A DNA stretch of 64,000 nt, taken from the IMG/VR virus record IMGVR_UViG_3300045988_165047. One strand, 5' to 3'. The translations under genes were made by a program, and so were the position numbers. This DNA comes from a virus. The notes under the pieces are model-generated. The model saw nothing but the letters and a program-made list of their open reading frames with translations, ran no database searches and was not told the origin of the DNA. Positions 1 through 8,774 of this stretch are shown here, piece by piece; position 1 is the first letter of the stretch; each line of letters begins with the position of its first letter.

Positions 1-1472
1 CCCATCATCAGCTGTTGCATAAACGAGCCGTTAAGAGCGTCCTGCATCTTTTCGTCTACTATCTCCTTCATAAGTTCGGGGATATTAGACTTACCGAGAC
101 GCTCCATAACCTCACGCTTAGAAGCGATACCCATAGACAGCTCCACCTGCGAGCGTTGAAGTTCGTCCATTCTATCCTTGGGGAACCCAAATGCAAACAC
201 GGGGCATACCTTCATATCATTGATGAAGTCGGGGTCAATCTCAAAGATTTTGTTGAGACGAGTATTCTCGGGGTCCTCAATGCTGAGAATTTTGAGTATC
301 ATCGTATTGAGCTTAGTGATACCATCCCCGTAGGTCATAGCCTTAATGTTCGCCTGTTGGATGAGAGGCTGGTAGGTAATCTGGAGAGCTGCCGCAGAAG
401 TGTTACTGATAGCTTGAATCTTACCTAGAGCGTTCTCGGGAACATCCGACAACTCGTGCATAGCCGTCTTCAAATCCTTAGCGAAGTTAAGGCTCGCAGA
501 AATATCCACGTCCAACCCGAGGTTAAATACGTTAGCTTCGGGTGGAAGACCTGACCAAATCTGACCGAGACCTCTCTTCAAGGACTTAGCCGATGCGCCC
601 GTGATAATAGTCGTAGGGGTAGCGTGGTAGTCAAGGATAGCCTTGATTTGCTGAATCATTTCATTGTACACCTTGTTAATCTTTAAGATGTCGTTTGAAT
701 CTGACTGACCATAGTACCCCGAGGAGTTAGGCTTGTTCTTGATATGCACCACGGGGATAAACCCATAGCGGTTTTCCTGCTTTACGTGGTTGTGTTTAAC
801 GATACCCTTCTCGTCTGTGGAGGTTGTCGTCTGATACCAAGTTTCGGTATGTGTCTTGGTCCACTTAGTTACGAATAGGGCGTACTCATTGTCACCCTTC
901 CTATCAAGGGGCATTCTAGTTAAGAACGACTTTACCTTCTTGTAGTTCCCGTTCTCAAACTCCACAAAGCACTGACGGCTGTCAAATACATTGATACGGC
1001 AGAAGCGGTCTAGGTCATCATCAACCCATTCAACACCTACCCAGCAGTCACCCGTGATACTACCCATCTGGAGCATTTCGTAAGCCAGCTGTAACTTCTC
1101 CGACTTGGTCCAGTGGTACATAAGCAACTCCTCTACAAGACGCTCAAGGTCTTGAGGAACTTGCGTAGAGTATAAGCTCTGTGTGTGGAAAGAGAACGCT
1201 TCACTACCTAGCAAGAACATATTGACCTTGTCAATAAACGCTCTGAGGTAGTTAAACGAGAGAAGCCCATCATTGAAGTCCTTATAGTGGAGACCTTCAT
1301 AGAACTTCCAGAACAGATAGTACTTTGTAATTCGGTCTATCTCCCATTGGTTATCCTGAACAATGTTGTTCATCACAAACGACCTAATGGTGTTTGTGGC
1401 TTCAGTTAGTTGTCGGCTATCGGCACTCCAATGTGGGGAATCTGGGTACCCATTATATCCTGCGTAACTCAT
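1..1472 (-). CDS. Portal protein, partial (runs off window start)
   Basis: The minus-strand frame is open from the ATG at 1470-1472 to position 1. It is absent from the ORF track because there is no stop in the window. My translation starts MSYAGYNGYPDSPHWSADSRQLTEATNTIRSFVMNNIVQDNQWEIDRITKYYLFWKFYEGLHY. It lies 1 nt after the TerL stop. The portal call rests on position plus general resemblance to portal N-termini. Confidence 0.6.
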   Translation of the reverse strand, partial: MSYAGYNGYPDSPHWSADSRQLTEATNTIRSFVMNNIVQDNQWEIDRITKYYLFWKFYEGLHYKDFNDGLLSFNYLRAFIDKVNMFLLGSEAFSFHTQSLYSTQVPQDLERLVEELLMYHWTKSEKLQLAYEMLQMGSITGDCWVGVEWVDDDLDRFCRINVFDSRQCFVEFENGNYKKVKSFLTRMPLDRKGDNEYALFVTKWTKTHTETWYQTTTSTDEKGIVKHNHVKQENRYGFIPVVHIKNKPNSSGYYGQSDSNDILKINKVYNEMIQQIKAILDYHATPTTIITGASAKSLKRGLGQIWSGLPPEANVFNLGLDVDISASLNFAKDLKTAMHELSDVPENALGKIQAISNTSAAALQITYQPLIQQANIKAMTYGDGITKLNTMILKILSIEDPENTRLNKIFEIDPDFINDMKVCPVFAFGFPKDRMDELQRSQVELSMGIASKREVMERLGKSNIPELMKEIVDEKMQDALNGSFMQQLMM

Positions 1473-1473
1473 A

Positions 1474-3138
1474 TTAGTATGAACTTCTTCTAATAGTGTT
1501 TATTTCGTCAATAACTCCAGCGTAGAGGGGGTTATCAAGGACTTCCATTTCTTCCTCAACCTCTCCACCGACTTCTCTTGAGGCGGCTAGACTCATAAGT
1601 GCCGCACTATCCACGAAGTCGTCAAAGTACCCATCCGCCTTCTGACACACGAGGTAAGGTCCGTTAAAGAACTTGGTGCAGTTCAGCATCTGTTCCTCAA
1701 ACTTCTGATACTCCGTTGTAGCTCTGACGCTAGGGTTTGCTGGAACAATAAGTCGTCTAGTCTGAATATCAGATATGAAGTTAAACCACATATCTGACTT
1801 ACTCTGCGTTGTGAAGGTGTAAGGAACAATGTCCACATACTCACCACAAGCGTAAGAAAGTCGGTCTACTACTGCTCTACCTACCCCCGTATAGTCTGCA
1901 AAGATAACAGATATATTGTACTCTATGATAGCGTCCATTATGATATGGTGTTGCGTCTCATAGTCCGCTGTACCGAGAGCTAGCCACGCAAGTATCTGTT
2001 TGTAGGGCTTACCGAATGGGTCTTCCTCATCATTCCATACTTTCGCTATCGTTAAGACTGTCTCAGCAGGAGATTTTGCAATATCAAGCCCAGCCACGAC
2101 AAAGTCATTAACTCTGGGTTCTTGTAGCCCCAGCTTTCTATTGATGATACGAGCATACTCCTTATCGGTAAGAAGCATACCGCTCTCAACGTCCCATATC
2201 AGAGCAAAAGCAAGGCGGAAGGCTTGGGAGTCTTCTCCCCATCGGTCTCTCTTACGGAGAATGTCCGCTTCATAGTTAAGGTGAAAGCGTTTCCCGTCTA
2301 TGGAGAACTGCTTCCTTCGGTCCTTTATGATGTCCTTGTAGTTGTACTCATAGTGTTTGCGTGTTAGAGGGTTCTTACTCTTAGCGTCCTCCTTTCGGTT
2401 GTTCACAATCTCGTAGTAGAAGTGGTTCTTGGTTGTACCCGTAGTTCCCACCTTAACAAGAGTACCTGCCGTAGAAGAAAGCATAGGCTCAATAGACTTA
2501 CTCACAATAAGGTCATCTACGTCCTGCGCTTCTTCAACTATTACAAGGTCATACGTCTTTGATTCAATCTTACTCTGCTTACTCGCTACCTGTCCTGCAA
2601 GGAAAGACCCATTAGTAAGCACGAGTTTAGCGGAGCTATCAAGCCCTACATCAATATCGGGGTCGTCCATAACCATTTCAGCGTTGGCAGACCTAAGACG
2701 GCTAAGCGCACGGGAGTACGTAGTAACCACCTGGTCAGACTGCGGAGCAAACAACCCTACACGGAAACCATCCTTGAACTGCTCCAAGTCTGGAATGAAC
2801 TTAGCAAGAGCTGGTAATAGTACTACGAGGGTGTCAATAACGAACGCCATAGCCTCCGATTTACCACTCTGTCGGGAGAGAAGGACGGTCTTAACGTCCC
2901 CCGAGAAGGTAATTACGGAGTGAATAATCCCATAGGCGATAGCCTCTTGGTAGTCATACAGACTAATACCCGTGAGTATCTTCCCAAACTCCATTATCTT
3001 GTTGGTGACATCGTGGGCATCAAAGGACACCTCTTTGGATATAACGGACAGGTCTATATCGTCAATACTTCCTCCTGTCGCAGGGAACACATATCCCTCG
3101 TCTGCTACCTTAGTTTGATTTTTCTTCTTTTTAGACAT
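1474..3138 (-). CDS. terL: Terminase large subunit (TerL)
   Basis: ORF 1474..3150 trimmed to the ATG at 3136-3138 (MSKKKKNQ). Walker A-like LLSRQSGKSEAM, Walker B-like DLVIVEEAQD, and a C-terminal nuclease-like half (GLDIAKS, FADYTGVG). The portal lies directly downstream. Confidence 0.9.
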   Translation of the reverse strand: MSKKKKNQTKVADEGYVFPATGGSIDDIDLSVISKEVSFDAHDVTNKIMEFGKILTGISLYDYQEAIAYGIIHSVITFSGDVKTVLLSRQSGKSEAMAFVIDTLVVLLPALAKFIPDLEQFKDGFRVGLFAPQSDQVVTTYSRALSRLRSANAEMVMDDPDIDVGLDSSAKLVLTNGSFLAGQVASKQSKIESKTYDLVIVEEAQDVDDLIVSKSIEPMLSSTAGTLVKVGTTGTTKNHFYYEIVNNRKEDAKSKNPLTRKHYEYNYKDIIKDRRKQFSIDGKRFHLNYEADILRKRDRWGEDSQAFRLAFALIWDVESGMLLTDKEYARIINRKLGLQEPRVNDFVVAGLDIAKSPAETVLTIAKVWNDEEDPFGKPYKQILAWLALGTADYETQHHIIMDAIIEYNISVIFADYTGVGRAVVDRLSYACGEYVDIVPYTFTTQSKSDMWFNFISDIQTRRLIVPANPSVRATTEYQKFEEQMLNCTKFFNGPYLVCQKADGYFDDFVDSAALMSLAASREVGGEVEEEMEVLDNPLYAGVIDEINTIRRSSY

Positions 3139-3172
3139 AAAAATACCCAAGAGGCTTGTTGCCCCTTGGGTA
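3139..3172 (-). terminator. Stem-loop plus U-run abutting the TerL start codon
   Basis: On the minus strand this reads TACCCAAGGGGCAACAAGCCTCTTGGGTA followed by TTTTT and then ATG. The stem is 8 bp (3144-3151 / 3165-3172). Confidence 0.55.
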
Positions 3173-3180
3173 CAAAGATA
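3173..3180 (-). promoter_or_regulatory. -7 box TATCTTTG (Bacteroidota TAnnTTTG type)
   Basis: Plus-strand caaagata lies immediately upstream (in the minus sense) of the TerL leader hairpin. Confidence 0.4.
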
Positions 3181-3224
3181 ACTAGTTCTTAGTTATTCGT
3201 TAGGAAGTTAGTTCGGAGATTCTA

Positions 3225-3539
3225 TCAACTACGACTTTTCAGTCTCTTGCTCTTAAGCTCTGACCCTCTAGGAGTTTTTGCCCCTCCACTACTTGGGTTT
3301 GTTTTTGTCTTCCTCCTAGTGGTGTGGGCCTTTACGGTTACAGTCTTCCCACTCTTGGTTTTCCTAGTGTAGGCCTTCACATGGACCTCCTTTTCTGCGC
3401 CACTCGCAATGGCCTCTTTACGAGCTCTCTCCTTTTTACGGAGAGCTACACGCTTGTTGTGCTCTTTACGCTCTTTTTCTTCTTGTCTAATCTCTTTCCA
3501 GACACGTCTTTCAATGTCCGCACTTGTTACTTGGTACAT
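3225..3539 (-). CDS. Highly basic K/R-rich protein with a shared KTKSGKxVTVKAHT module
   Basis: 104-aa ORF directly upstream of TerL. It contains EKEVHVKAYTRKTKSGKTVTVKAHTTRRK, which is nearly identical to a module in the next gene. Confidence 0.7.
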   Translation of the reverse strand: MYQVTSADIERRVWKEIRQEEKERKEHNKRVALRKKERARKEAIASGAEKEVHVKAYTRKTKSGKTVTVKAHTTRRKTKTNPSSGGAKTPRGSELKSKRLKSRS

Positions 3540-3560
3540 ACTCTTTAGTTATTATAGTGA

Positions 3561-4337
3561 TTAATCTTCAGTGGACCCGTTAATCTTTAGGAAACTTAAT
3601 CGGGATACCCGTCTTGAGTATTTCCTTCTTTTTAGGTCTCTAATATCTTTTCTAATCATAGAGTTATTATGAGACTGTATATCGAGGTTGTTCTTGTGAA
3701 GTAGTCTTTTTAACTCATAGTCTTTATCAAGATCTGTATGGGTGCTTGCGCTACGCCGAAGTTCATCTCTAACATATTCAGGAACACTCCTCATAGAGCC
3801 TCTTAGCTTCTTCTTAACTCCAGAGCAGACCGCCTTGTAGAAGTGAGTAGTAAATTGACCTCGGCCATTTATTAAGGTATCGTATATCGGAGACTCATCG
3901 GAAAACCCATACTTACCCTTCTCAGTGGTACACAAAGCGCTTATAGCGTTTAATAGTGTATCAAAAGAGTTCTTCCCCTTCTTATATTCAAGAGTACCCT
4001 CAGTGAGAGTCTCAAGATACCTCACATCCAGTTCGTTTGACTCATCAAACAACTTTTCAGCCTTCAGTTGTCTGCGTTTTTGTTCTTTTTCCTCAGCGGA
4101 GGATTTTACTCCGCTACCTAGGGGCTGTTTTGTGGTTGTGTCTAGCTTAGCCGCCTCTCGTTTAGCTGTATGGGCTTTGACTGTGACGACTTTTCCACTC
4201 TTAGTTCTACGAGTGTGCGTCTTTACCTGAACGTCTTTCTTCATACCGCTACCACTACTGGGCGATTTACTCTTCGTTTTGCTTCTAAGAGCTTTGTCTC
4301 TCTTAGCCTTCTCTTCAGCAGTTAATGCTCGTGCCAT
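3561..4337 (-). CDS. Basic protein with an N-terminal KTKSGKxVTVKAHT module
   Basis: 258-aa ORF. It contains KKDVQVKTHTRRTKSGKVVTVKAHTAKR near the N-terminus. The rest is unrecognised. Confidence 0.7.
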   Translation of the reverse strand: MARALTAEEKAKRDKALRSKTKSKSPSSGSGMKKDVQVKTHTRRTKSGKVVTVKAHTAKREAAKLDTTTKQPLGSGVKSSAEEKEQKRRQLKAEKLFDESNELDVRYLETLTEGTLEYKKGKNSFDTLLNAISALCTTEKGKYGFSDESPIYDTLINGRGQFTTHFYKAVCSGVKKKLRGSMRSVPEYVRDELRRSASTHTDLDKDYELKRLLHKNNLDIQSHNNSMIRKDIRDLKRRKYSRRVSRLSFLKINGSTED

Positions 4338-4342
4338 ATCCG

Positions 4343-4870
4343 TTATTTATTAGAATAATTCATAGTTCCCTTGTCAAGCCTCCACTCTTGGAGTCTCTTC
4401 AAAAACTCTTCGGTCATCTTGTACACTGGTGGTTCCGAGGTGTCCACCCAGCAGTTGGGAGTCTCATAGAGTCTGATGTTCTCAAGAGTTAGCAACTTCT
4501 CAGATTTCATCAACTCCTTAATGATGACAAACAGCTCGGCGCTGATATTTTCAGCGGTCGGGTTGCAGTACCCCTCATTACCGAGACCCATAGGGAATAA
4601 CCTCCACCCCTCTTTCTTACACATATCAATTAACCCCGTGTCTTCTGGGTTAAAGATACCTGCGTGGTCCAAATGCTCGTCAATCCACTGACAAGCGATG
4701 CGCTTGATTTCCTTGAAGTCAATAGCGTACCCGATTTCCTCGGTCTGTTCAAAGGAGAACGTTATCTCCACCTTGAACCTATGCCCGTGAAGGTTGTAGC
4801 ACTTGACCCTCTCATTCATCACTCTGTGAGCCGCATCAAACTCACAAATTCTAGTTATCGTCTGTCTCAT
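4343..4870 (-). CDS. queD: 6-carboxy-5,6,7,8-tetrahydropterin synthase (QueD / PTPS family)
   Basis: ICEFDAAHRVMNERVKCYNLHGHRFKVEITF carries the Cys-x3-His-Gly-His PTPS/QueD signature. The start is trimmed to the internal ATG (MRQTITR) that abuts the stop of the upstream ORF. Confidence 0.85.
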   Translation of the reverse strand: MRQTITRICEFDAAHRVMNERVKCYNLHGHRFKVEITFSFEQTEEIGYAIDFKEIKRIACQWIDEHLDHAGIFNPEDTGLIDMCKKEGWRLFPMGLGNEGYCNPTAENISAELFVIIKELMKSEKLLTLENIRLYETPNCWVDTSEPPVYKMTEEFLKRLQEWRLDKGTMNYSNK

Positions 4871-4871
4871 T

Positions 4872-5102
4872 TTAAGGATGCTTCTTAGTTGTTCTTTTGT
4901 AGGGGAACACGTCTCGGATATTGTGAGAGAAGTACGTCCCCTTACTTTCGGAGCGAAGAAACTCACCCCACACTCTGAGAGATACACCGCTATACGTGTA
5001 CACCCACGTGGGTCTGTTTATGAACACCATAGTCAGCTTTAGTGTACGTCTATCGTACTCGGCTGATTTTATGTTGGAAGAGTTTACTAACATAGTCTGC
5101 AC
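4872..5102 (-). CDS. KTSC-domain-like small protein
   Basis: 76 aa. The pattern SSNIKSAEYDRRTLKLTMVF...WVYTYSGVSLRVWGEFLRSESKGTYFSHNIR resembles the KTSC domain. Confidence 0.55.
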   Translation of the reverse strand: MQTMLVNSSNIKSAEYDRRTLKLTMVFINRPTWVYTYSGVSLRVWGEFLRSESKGTYFSHNIRDVFPYKRTTKKHP

Positions 5103-5111
5103 AAAGTTATT

Positions 5112-5154
5112 AAAAAAGGGGGAATGTCAGTCGCCCGAACACCCCCCCCTTCGG
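5112..5154 (-). terminator. GC-rich stem-loop followed by a U-run
   Basis: The minus strand reads CCGAAGGGGGGGGTGTTCGGGCGACTGACATTCCCCCTTTTTT. It lies between the stop at 5157 and the next start at 5102. Confidence 0.5.
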
Positions 5155-5156
5155 TA

Positions 5157-5438
5157 CTACTTCTTATTACTCTTACTCTTTGACTTATGCGTCTTCAAGT
5201 AGTACCTAACATTTCTAACTACCTCCACCTTCTTAGTGAGTGAACCTATCTCAAACATTTGGCAAAGTGGGGCCAAGGCTACTAAGCTGTTGTTACCCTT
5301 ATCGTACAGATACGTTCTTAGTTTAACACCCCCGTACTTTTGAGAGTCCTCGTGCTTGATGAAGTTAGCAACAGAGCCATAGCGTTCCTTGATAGCTTCT
5401 CTTAGTTGCTGTTTTACGTCTTCTATCTGTACTTCCAT
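5157..5438 (-). CDS. Hypothetical protein
   Basis: ORF 5157..5456 trimmed to the ATG (MEVQIED) that abuts the upstream stop. Part of the tiled operon. Confidence 0.6.
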   Translation of the reverse strand: MEVQIEDVKQQLREAIKERYGSVANFIKHEDSQKYGGVKLRTYLYDKGNNSLVALAPLCQMFEIGSLTKKVEVVRNVRYYLKTHKSKSKSNKK

Positions 5439-5439
5439 A

Positions 5440-5814
5440 TTACCACCAAAAGTCAATTAGTACGATTTCACCTTCTTGGACTTTCTGAAGGAGTTCCTCC
5501 AACACCTCCTTGGTTCTGTCTACCTGATAAAGGTAGTCCTCGCCATACTCCGTGGACCCGAAGAAGAAACCACCTTGTGTTGGAAGGGTGACGGAAGCAT
5601 ACTCTATGAACTCTGCGGTTAGCCCCAGCTCCTCGTGTTTGGTGAGAACATTGTTACAAAGCTCTACCAGCTCAGCAAGGTCTTCCTTCGTTACTCGTGC
5701 GTTCTCCTCATCGTCAATCACCTCAGCGAAGTGTGCGTACACGATGTTACACTTACGAAGATACCCGAGTTCGGTCTGTCCGTCTTCCGTGTTGAAATAA
5801 ATGTCTAGTCCCAT
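5440..5814 (-). CDS. Hypothetical protein
   Basis: 124-aa ORF, tiled, acidic. Confidence 0.6.
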   Translation of the reverse strand: MGLDIYFNTEDGQTELGYLRKCNIVYAHFAEVIDDEENARVTKEDLAELVELCNNVLTKHEELGLTAEFIEYASVTLPTQGGFFFGSTEYGEDYLYQVDRTKEVLEELLQKVQEGEIVLIDFWW

Positions 5815-5834
5815 AATCTTTATTTGGTTGTGGG

Positions 5835-5855
5835 GGGGAGGAATTTCACCTCCCC
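5835..5855 (-). terminator. Intergenic 7-bp GC stem-loop (no U-run)
   Basis: ggggagg-aatttca-cctcccc, between the stop at 5865 and the start at 5814. Confidence 0.35.
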
Positions 5856-5864
5856 GTTATTTTA

Positions 5865-7151
5865 TTAGAGCTTAATCCACTTGTGGAACTTGGTAAGTCC
5901 GTACCCACCTGAGATTTCAATACCCTCGCTGGTGTCCTTGACTTTGGTGGTGCGCCACTCATCGTTAGCCATATCGTAGAACAGAATCTTGTCACCGACA
6001 TTAAGGCTCTCATCAAAGAGTATATCCTGTGGGGCAACTACTCCGAGTGCTTCAGCGAAGGCACTAAGGAGCTGTGCGTTTTCAGCCGTGTTGGGGAGAG
6101 CCTTATTAGAGTACTCAATGTAGGGGTCTACATATATGGGGTCCTCAAGGAGTTCCAGCTTCGTGCACATTCCCTTTGCGTAGCGCATAAGTTGTGGCAT
6201 ACCTTTTGGCTCGTAGTGTAGTATATAGTCCGTCATAAAGGGGACGGCATCAATGAGACCTCCATCTACTTCTAGCTTATCACCGAGGAGTCGTCCGATG
6301 GTCTTAAATCCTGGGAGAACTGCTCCCTTGAACTTAACCTTCTTTTGTGTGACCACTACGAACTCCATTTCTTCTGTCATCGTGCGAAGCTCCTTTAAGA
6401 ACTTTGCGTAGCGAATTTCCTTGTTCGCCCATTGGCGGAGTAGAGCCTTAGCTCGTCTGTTCCACTTGCGGAAAGGTATCATACCTACGAACTCTGCTGG
6501 GTCAAACTTAGGTTCTACCTTTTCCAAGATGCGGTCAATCTGACGGATAACCTTCTTGCGCAGGTTTTCATAGTCCACCTCTTCCTGCTCTTCGGGGAGG
6601 TCCTCTGCCTTCTTAGTCAAACTCTTCCCGAGTTCGTATGCGGCTGAGAGTTCCTCTGGTGTGTGGGAACGCTTAGAGCTTTTCTTCTCAAACCAATCAC
6701 CCAATTCTTTCGGAGTAGGGATGCCCTCCATTTCAGTATCTACCACAGCGTATCTATTATAGGTATCTTCTACGAGGAAACCATTTTCGCTGGTGCAGGA
6801 GATACGATAACCACGGAAATGTAGCTTGCCCTTTTTGATAGGAGCGTCCTCGTTGTTGAAGCGGTCTTTGAGGTATCTCTGATAGGTGGTCATACTCATT
6901 TCCAGCACGCTGATGTCCTCGGGTATCTCGTCAAAGGAATTCACGATACGGCTTACTTTACGGCAGGTTCTCTTTACAGGGTCTACGATGTAGTCCTCCC
7001 CTTTGGTGCTACGAGCGTACTCATACGTAGGCTCTTCTTCGCTTGTGGTTTTGCGTGGCTTAGTCACCTTGGGAGCTTTTACTTTCACTGGGGCAAAGGC
7101 TTCATCAAACCATTGCTGTACTTCTTGTGGGGCTGTTGCTTGAGTATTCAT
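5865..7151 (-). CDS. Hypothetical protein (428 aa)
   Basis: Long uninterrupted ORF. No motif recognised. Confidence 0.75.
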   Translation of the reverse strand: MNTQATAPQEVQQWFDEAFAPVKVKAPKVTKPRKTTSEEEPTYEYARSTKGEDYIVDPVKRTCRKVSRIVNSFDEIPEDISVLEMSMTTYQRYLKDRFNNEDAPIKKGKLHFRGYRISCTSENGFLVEDTYNRYAVVDTEMEGIPTPKELGDWFEKKSSKRSHTPEELSAAYELGKSLTKKAEDLPEEQEEVDYENLRKKVIRQIDRILEKVEPKFDPAEFVGMIPFRKWNRRAKALLRQWANKEIRYAKFLKELRTMTEEMEFVVVTQKKVKFKGAVLPGFKTIGRLLGDKLEVDGGLIDAVPFMTDYILHYEPKGMPQLMRYAKGMCTKLELLEDPIYVDPYIEYSNKALPNTAENAQLLSAFAEALGVVAPQDILFDESLNVGDKILFYDMANDEWRTTKVKDTSEGIEISGGYGLTKFHKWIKL

Positions 7152-7153
7152 CT

Positions 7154-7357
7154 TTATAGAGAGATTAGTTTGTTTAGTAGTTCGTTAGTTAGTGGGGCTG
7201 TTACCCGATACTTTGGACCTCCGAAGATGTCAATCTTTTCTATCAGTTGGGTTTTCTTTAGGAGAGCTTCCATCTTCTTTTCAGCGGACCTCCAAACAGA
7301 ACGCTTGTAGAGCTTGGGGTCGCTAAGACCGATTTCTATTAGTTGCTTGTCACTCAT
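7154..7357 (-). CDS. Hypothetical small protein
   Basis: 67 aa, tiled. Confidence 0.5.
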   Translation of the reverse strand: MSDKQLIEIGLSDPKLYKRSVWRSAEKKMEALLKKTQLIEKIDIFGGPKYRVTAPLTNELLNKLISL

Positions 7358-7360
7358 AGT

Positions 7361-7591
7361 TTACTTAGCTAGTTTGTTACGGAGCTTTCGGTACGAGCGC
7401 ATCACCTTGACGAGCCAGCGTTTGTCAGTGTCCATCTTGTAGCACACCCACATAGCGAGGGGTGATACTACGCCGAAGAGTTGCGCTACTGATGTTCCGC
7501 CACTAAGGCAGATGGTGAGAAGCCATACAGCTTCAAAGAATAGGAGGGTGGTTGCGACAAGGATGTCGCCGATGATACGTTGCTTGTTCAT
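7361..7591 (-). CDS. Small membrane protein
   Basis: 76 aa with two hydrophobic helices (ILVATTLLFFEAVWLLTICL, AQLFGVVSPLAMWVCY). Confidence 0.55.
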   Translation of the reverse strand: MNKQRIIGDILVATTLLFFEAVWLLTICLSGGTSVAQLFGVVSPLAMWVCYKMDTDKRWLVKVMRSYRKLRNKLAK

Positions 7592-7595
7592 TGCT

Positions 7596-8363
7596 TTATC
7601 GCTTTTTGGGTTGAAGTTGTCTTAGTTCTTCTAGGTAGTCCCACAGAGCAGAGTCTATGTAGCTTACCTTGCAAACACTGGGGGTATTATTGAGGTGTTC
7701 GCTAACGTAGGTAGCTACCTCTTTAACCTCTTCACGACGCTGTTTTTTGGTCGTTGGAAGTTCCCTTTCAAGGATGTCCTTTACAGCATCCCACGCTACG
7801 ATGTTTGCCCGTAGCGTTCTAAAGTCTTTTGGGGTAAACGTGTTACCCACGTACTTCTTGACAAACTTAGTAAGTTCATACGCCGTTATGTCAAAGATAG
7901 TTTCCGCTTCATAACCATTAAGAAGCGCACGAACCTGCTTAGAGAGCGTTTTGTCTAGTTTGAAGGAGTTTTCAACCTGCTTCTTTCCAAGAAAGTGCAG
8001 GTATACAACACCACGTTTTACCTCCACGTGCTCACGAAGGAGCGTAGTAAGCCCATACGTTTGTACAAACTCAGGTTCTTTAGAGCTGTTTGGGTGTGGC
8101 TGAGTAACATAGCCCTCAGAGCTACCTTCGTTACCTATACGGATACCCGTGTACATCATCAGTTTGCACGCTAGTGCGAGTCTTGCGGTGTCAGAAGTGT
8201 TCCGACCACGCTCAATCATCCCATCAAACTTCTCAGAAAGCTCGTCAAAGCGATAGGCTAGCTTGACGGAGCGGTTAAATTTGTCCGTATTTCTCCCCTT
8301 TAGGGAGCGGAAAAACTTATACTCCTCCCCACACAGCTCTATAATCGTAATTGTTTTAGCCAT
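7596..8363 (-). CDS. Type IB DNA topoisomerase (poxvirus/bacterial TopIB type)
   Basis: Ordered TopIB catalytic motifs are present: TGIRIGNEG, LHFLGKKQV, TPKDFRTLRAN and LNNTPSVCKVSYID. The last carries the active-site Tyr in an SY(I/V) context. Confidence 0.8.
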   Translation of the reverse strand: MAKTITIIELCGEEYKFFRSLKGRNTDKFNRSVKLAYRFDELSEKFDGMIERGRNTSDTARLALACKLMMYTGIRIGNEGSSEGYVTQPHPNSSKEPEFVQTYGLTTLLREHVEVKRGVVYLHFLGKKQVENSFKLDKTLSKQVRALLNGYEAETIFDITAYELTKFVKKYVGNTFTPKDFRTLRANIVAWDAVKDILERELPTTKKQRREEVKEVATYVSEHLNNTPSVCKVSYIDSALWDYLEELRQLQPKKR

Positions 8364-8665
8364 CGTTGGATGTAATTAGTGATTTTATCAAGGTCTTTCG
8401 TTTTTAGTACCTCTTGGTCCAGCTGTTGGTATACAACGTACCCGTTGCTTGTCTCATCAACTGCGACCTCAAGCACAAAAAGACCCTTACGAAACTCATA
8501 CGAGTAGTCCCCATATCTAGCACGGAGCTTGTGTTTACGCAAAACAGCTTCAAGGGATGCGAGTAACCGCATTTTTCGCCGTTCTTTGCGTGTAAAGCGG
8601 ACCTCATAGCCACGAGGGCACGTATCCGCCAGAACACTGGGGTCATAAGGCTCAATTACGCCCAT
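8339..8665 (-). CDS. Hypothetical protein
   Basis: 108 aa. An AAATTTTG box lies 4 nt before the ATG. Confidence 0.55.
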   Translation of the reverse strand: MGVIEPYDPSVLADTCPRGYEVRFTRKERRKMRLLASLEAVLRKHKLRARYGDYSYEFRKGLFVLEVAVDETSNGYVVYQQLDQEVLKTKDLDKITNYIQRWLKQLRL

Positions 8666-8774
8666 AAGTCAAAATTTTTAGTTGTTACTAACTGATATTT
8701 GCCTCTTGCAAACATCATTGTTCCCAGCTGGGGTGTCGCTCCCCACTAAGGCTTCATCAGCGCTGGGAAAATTT

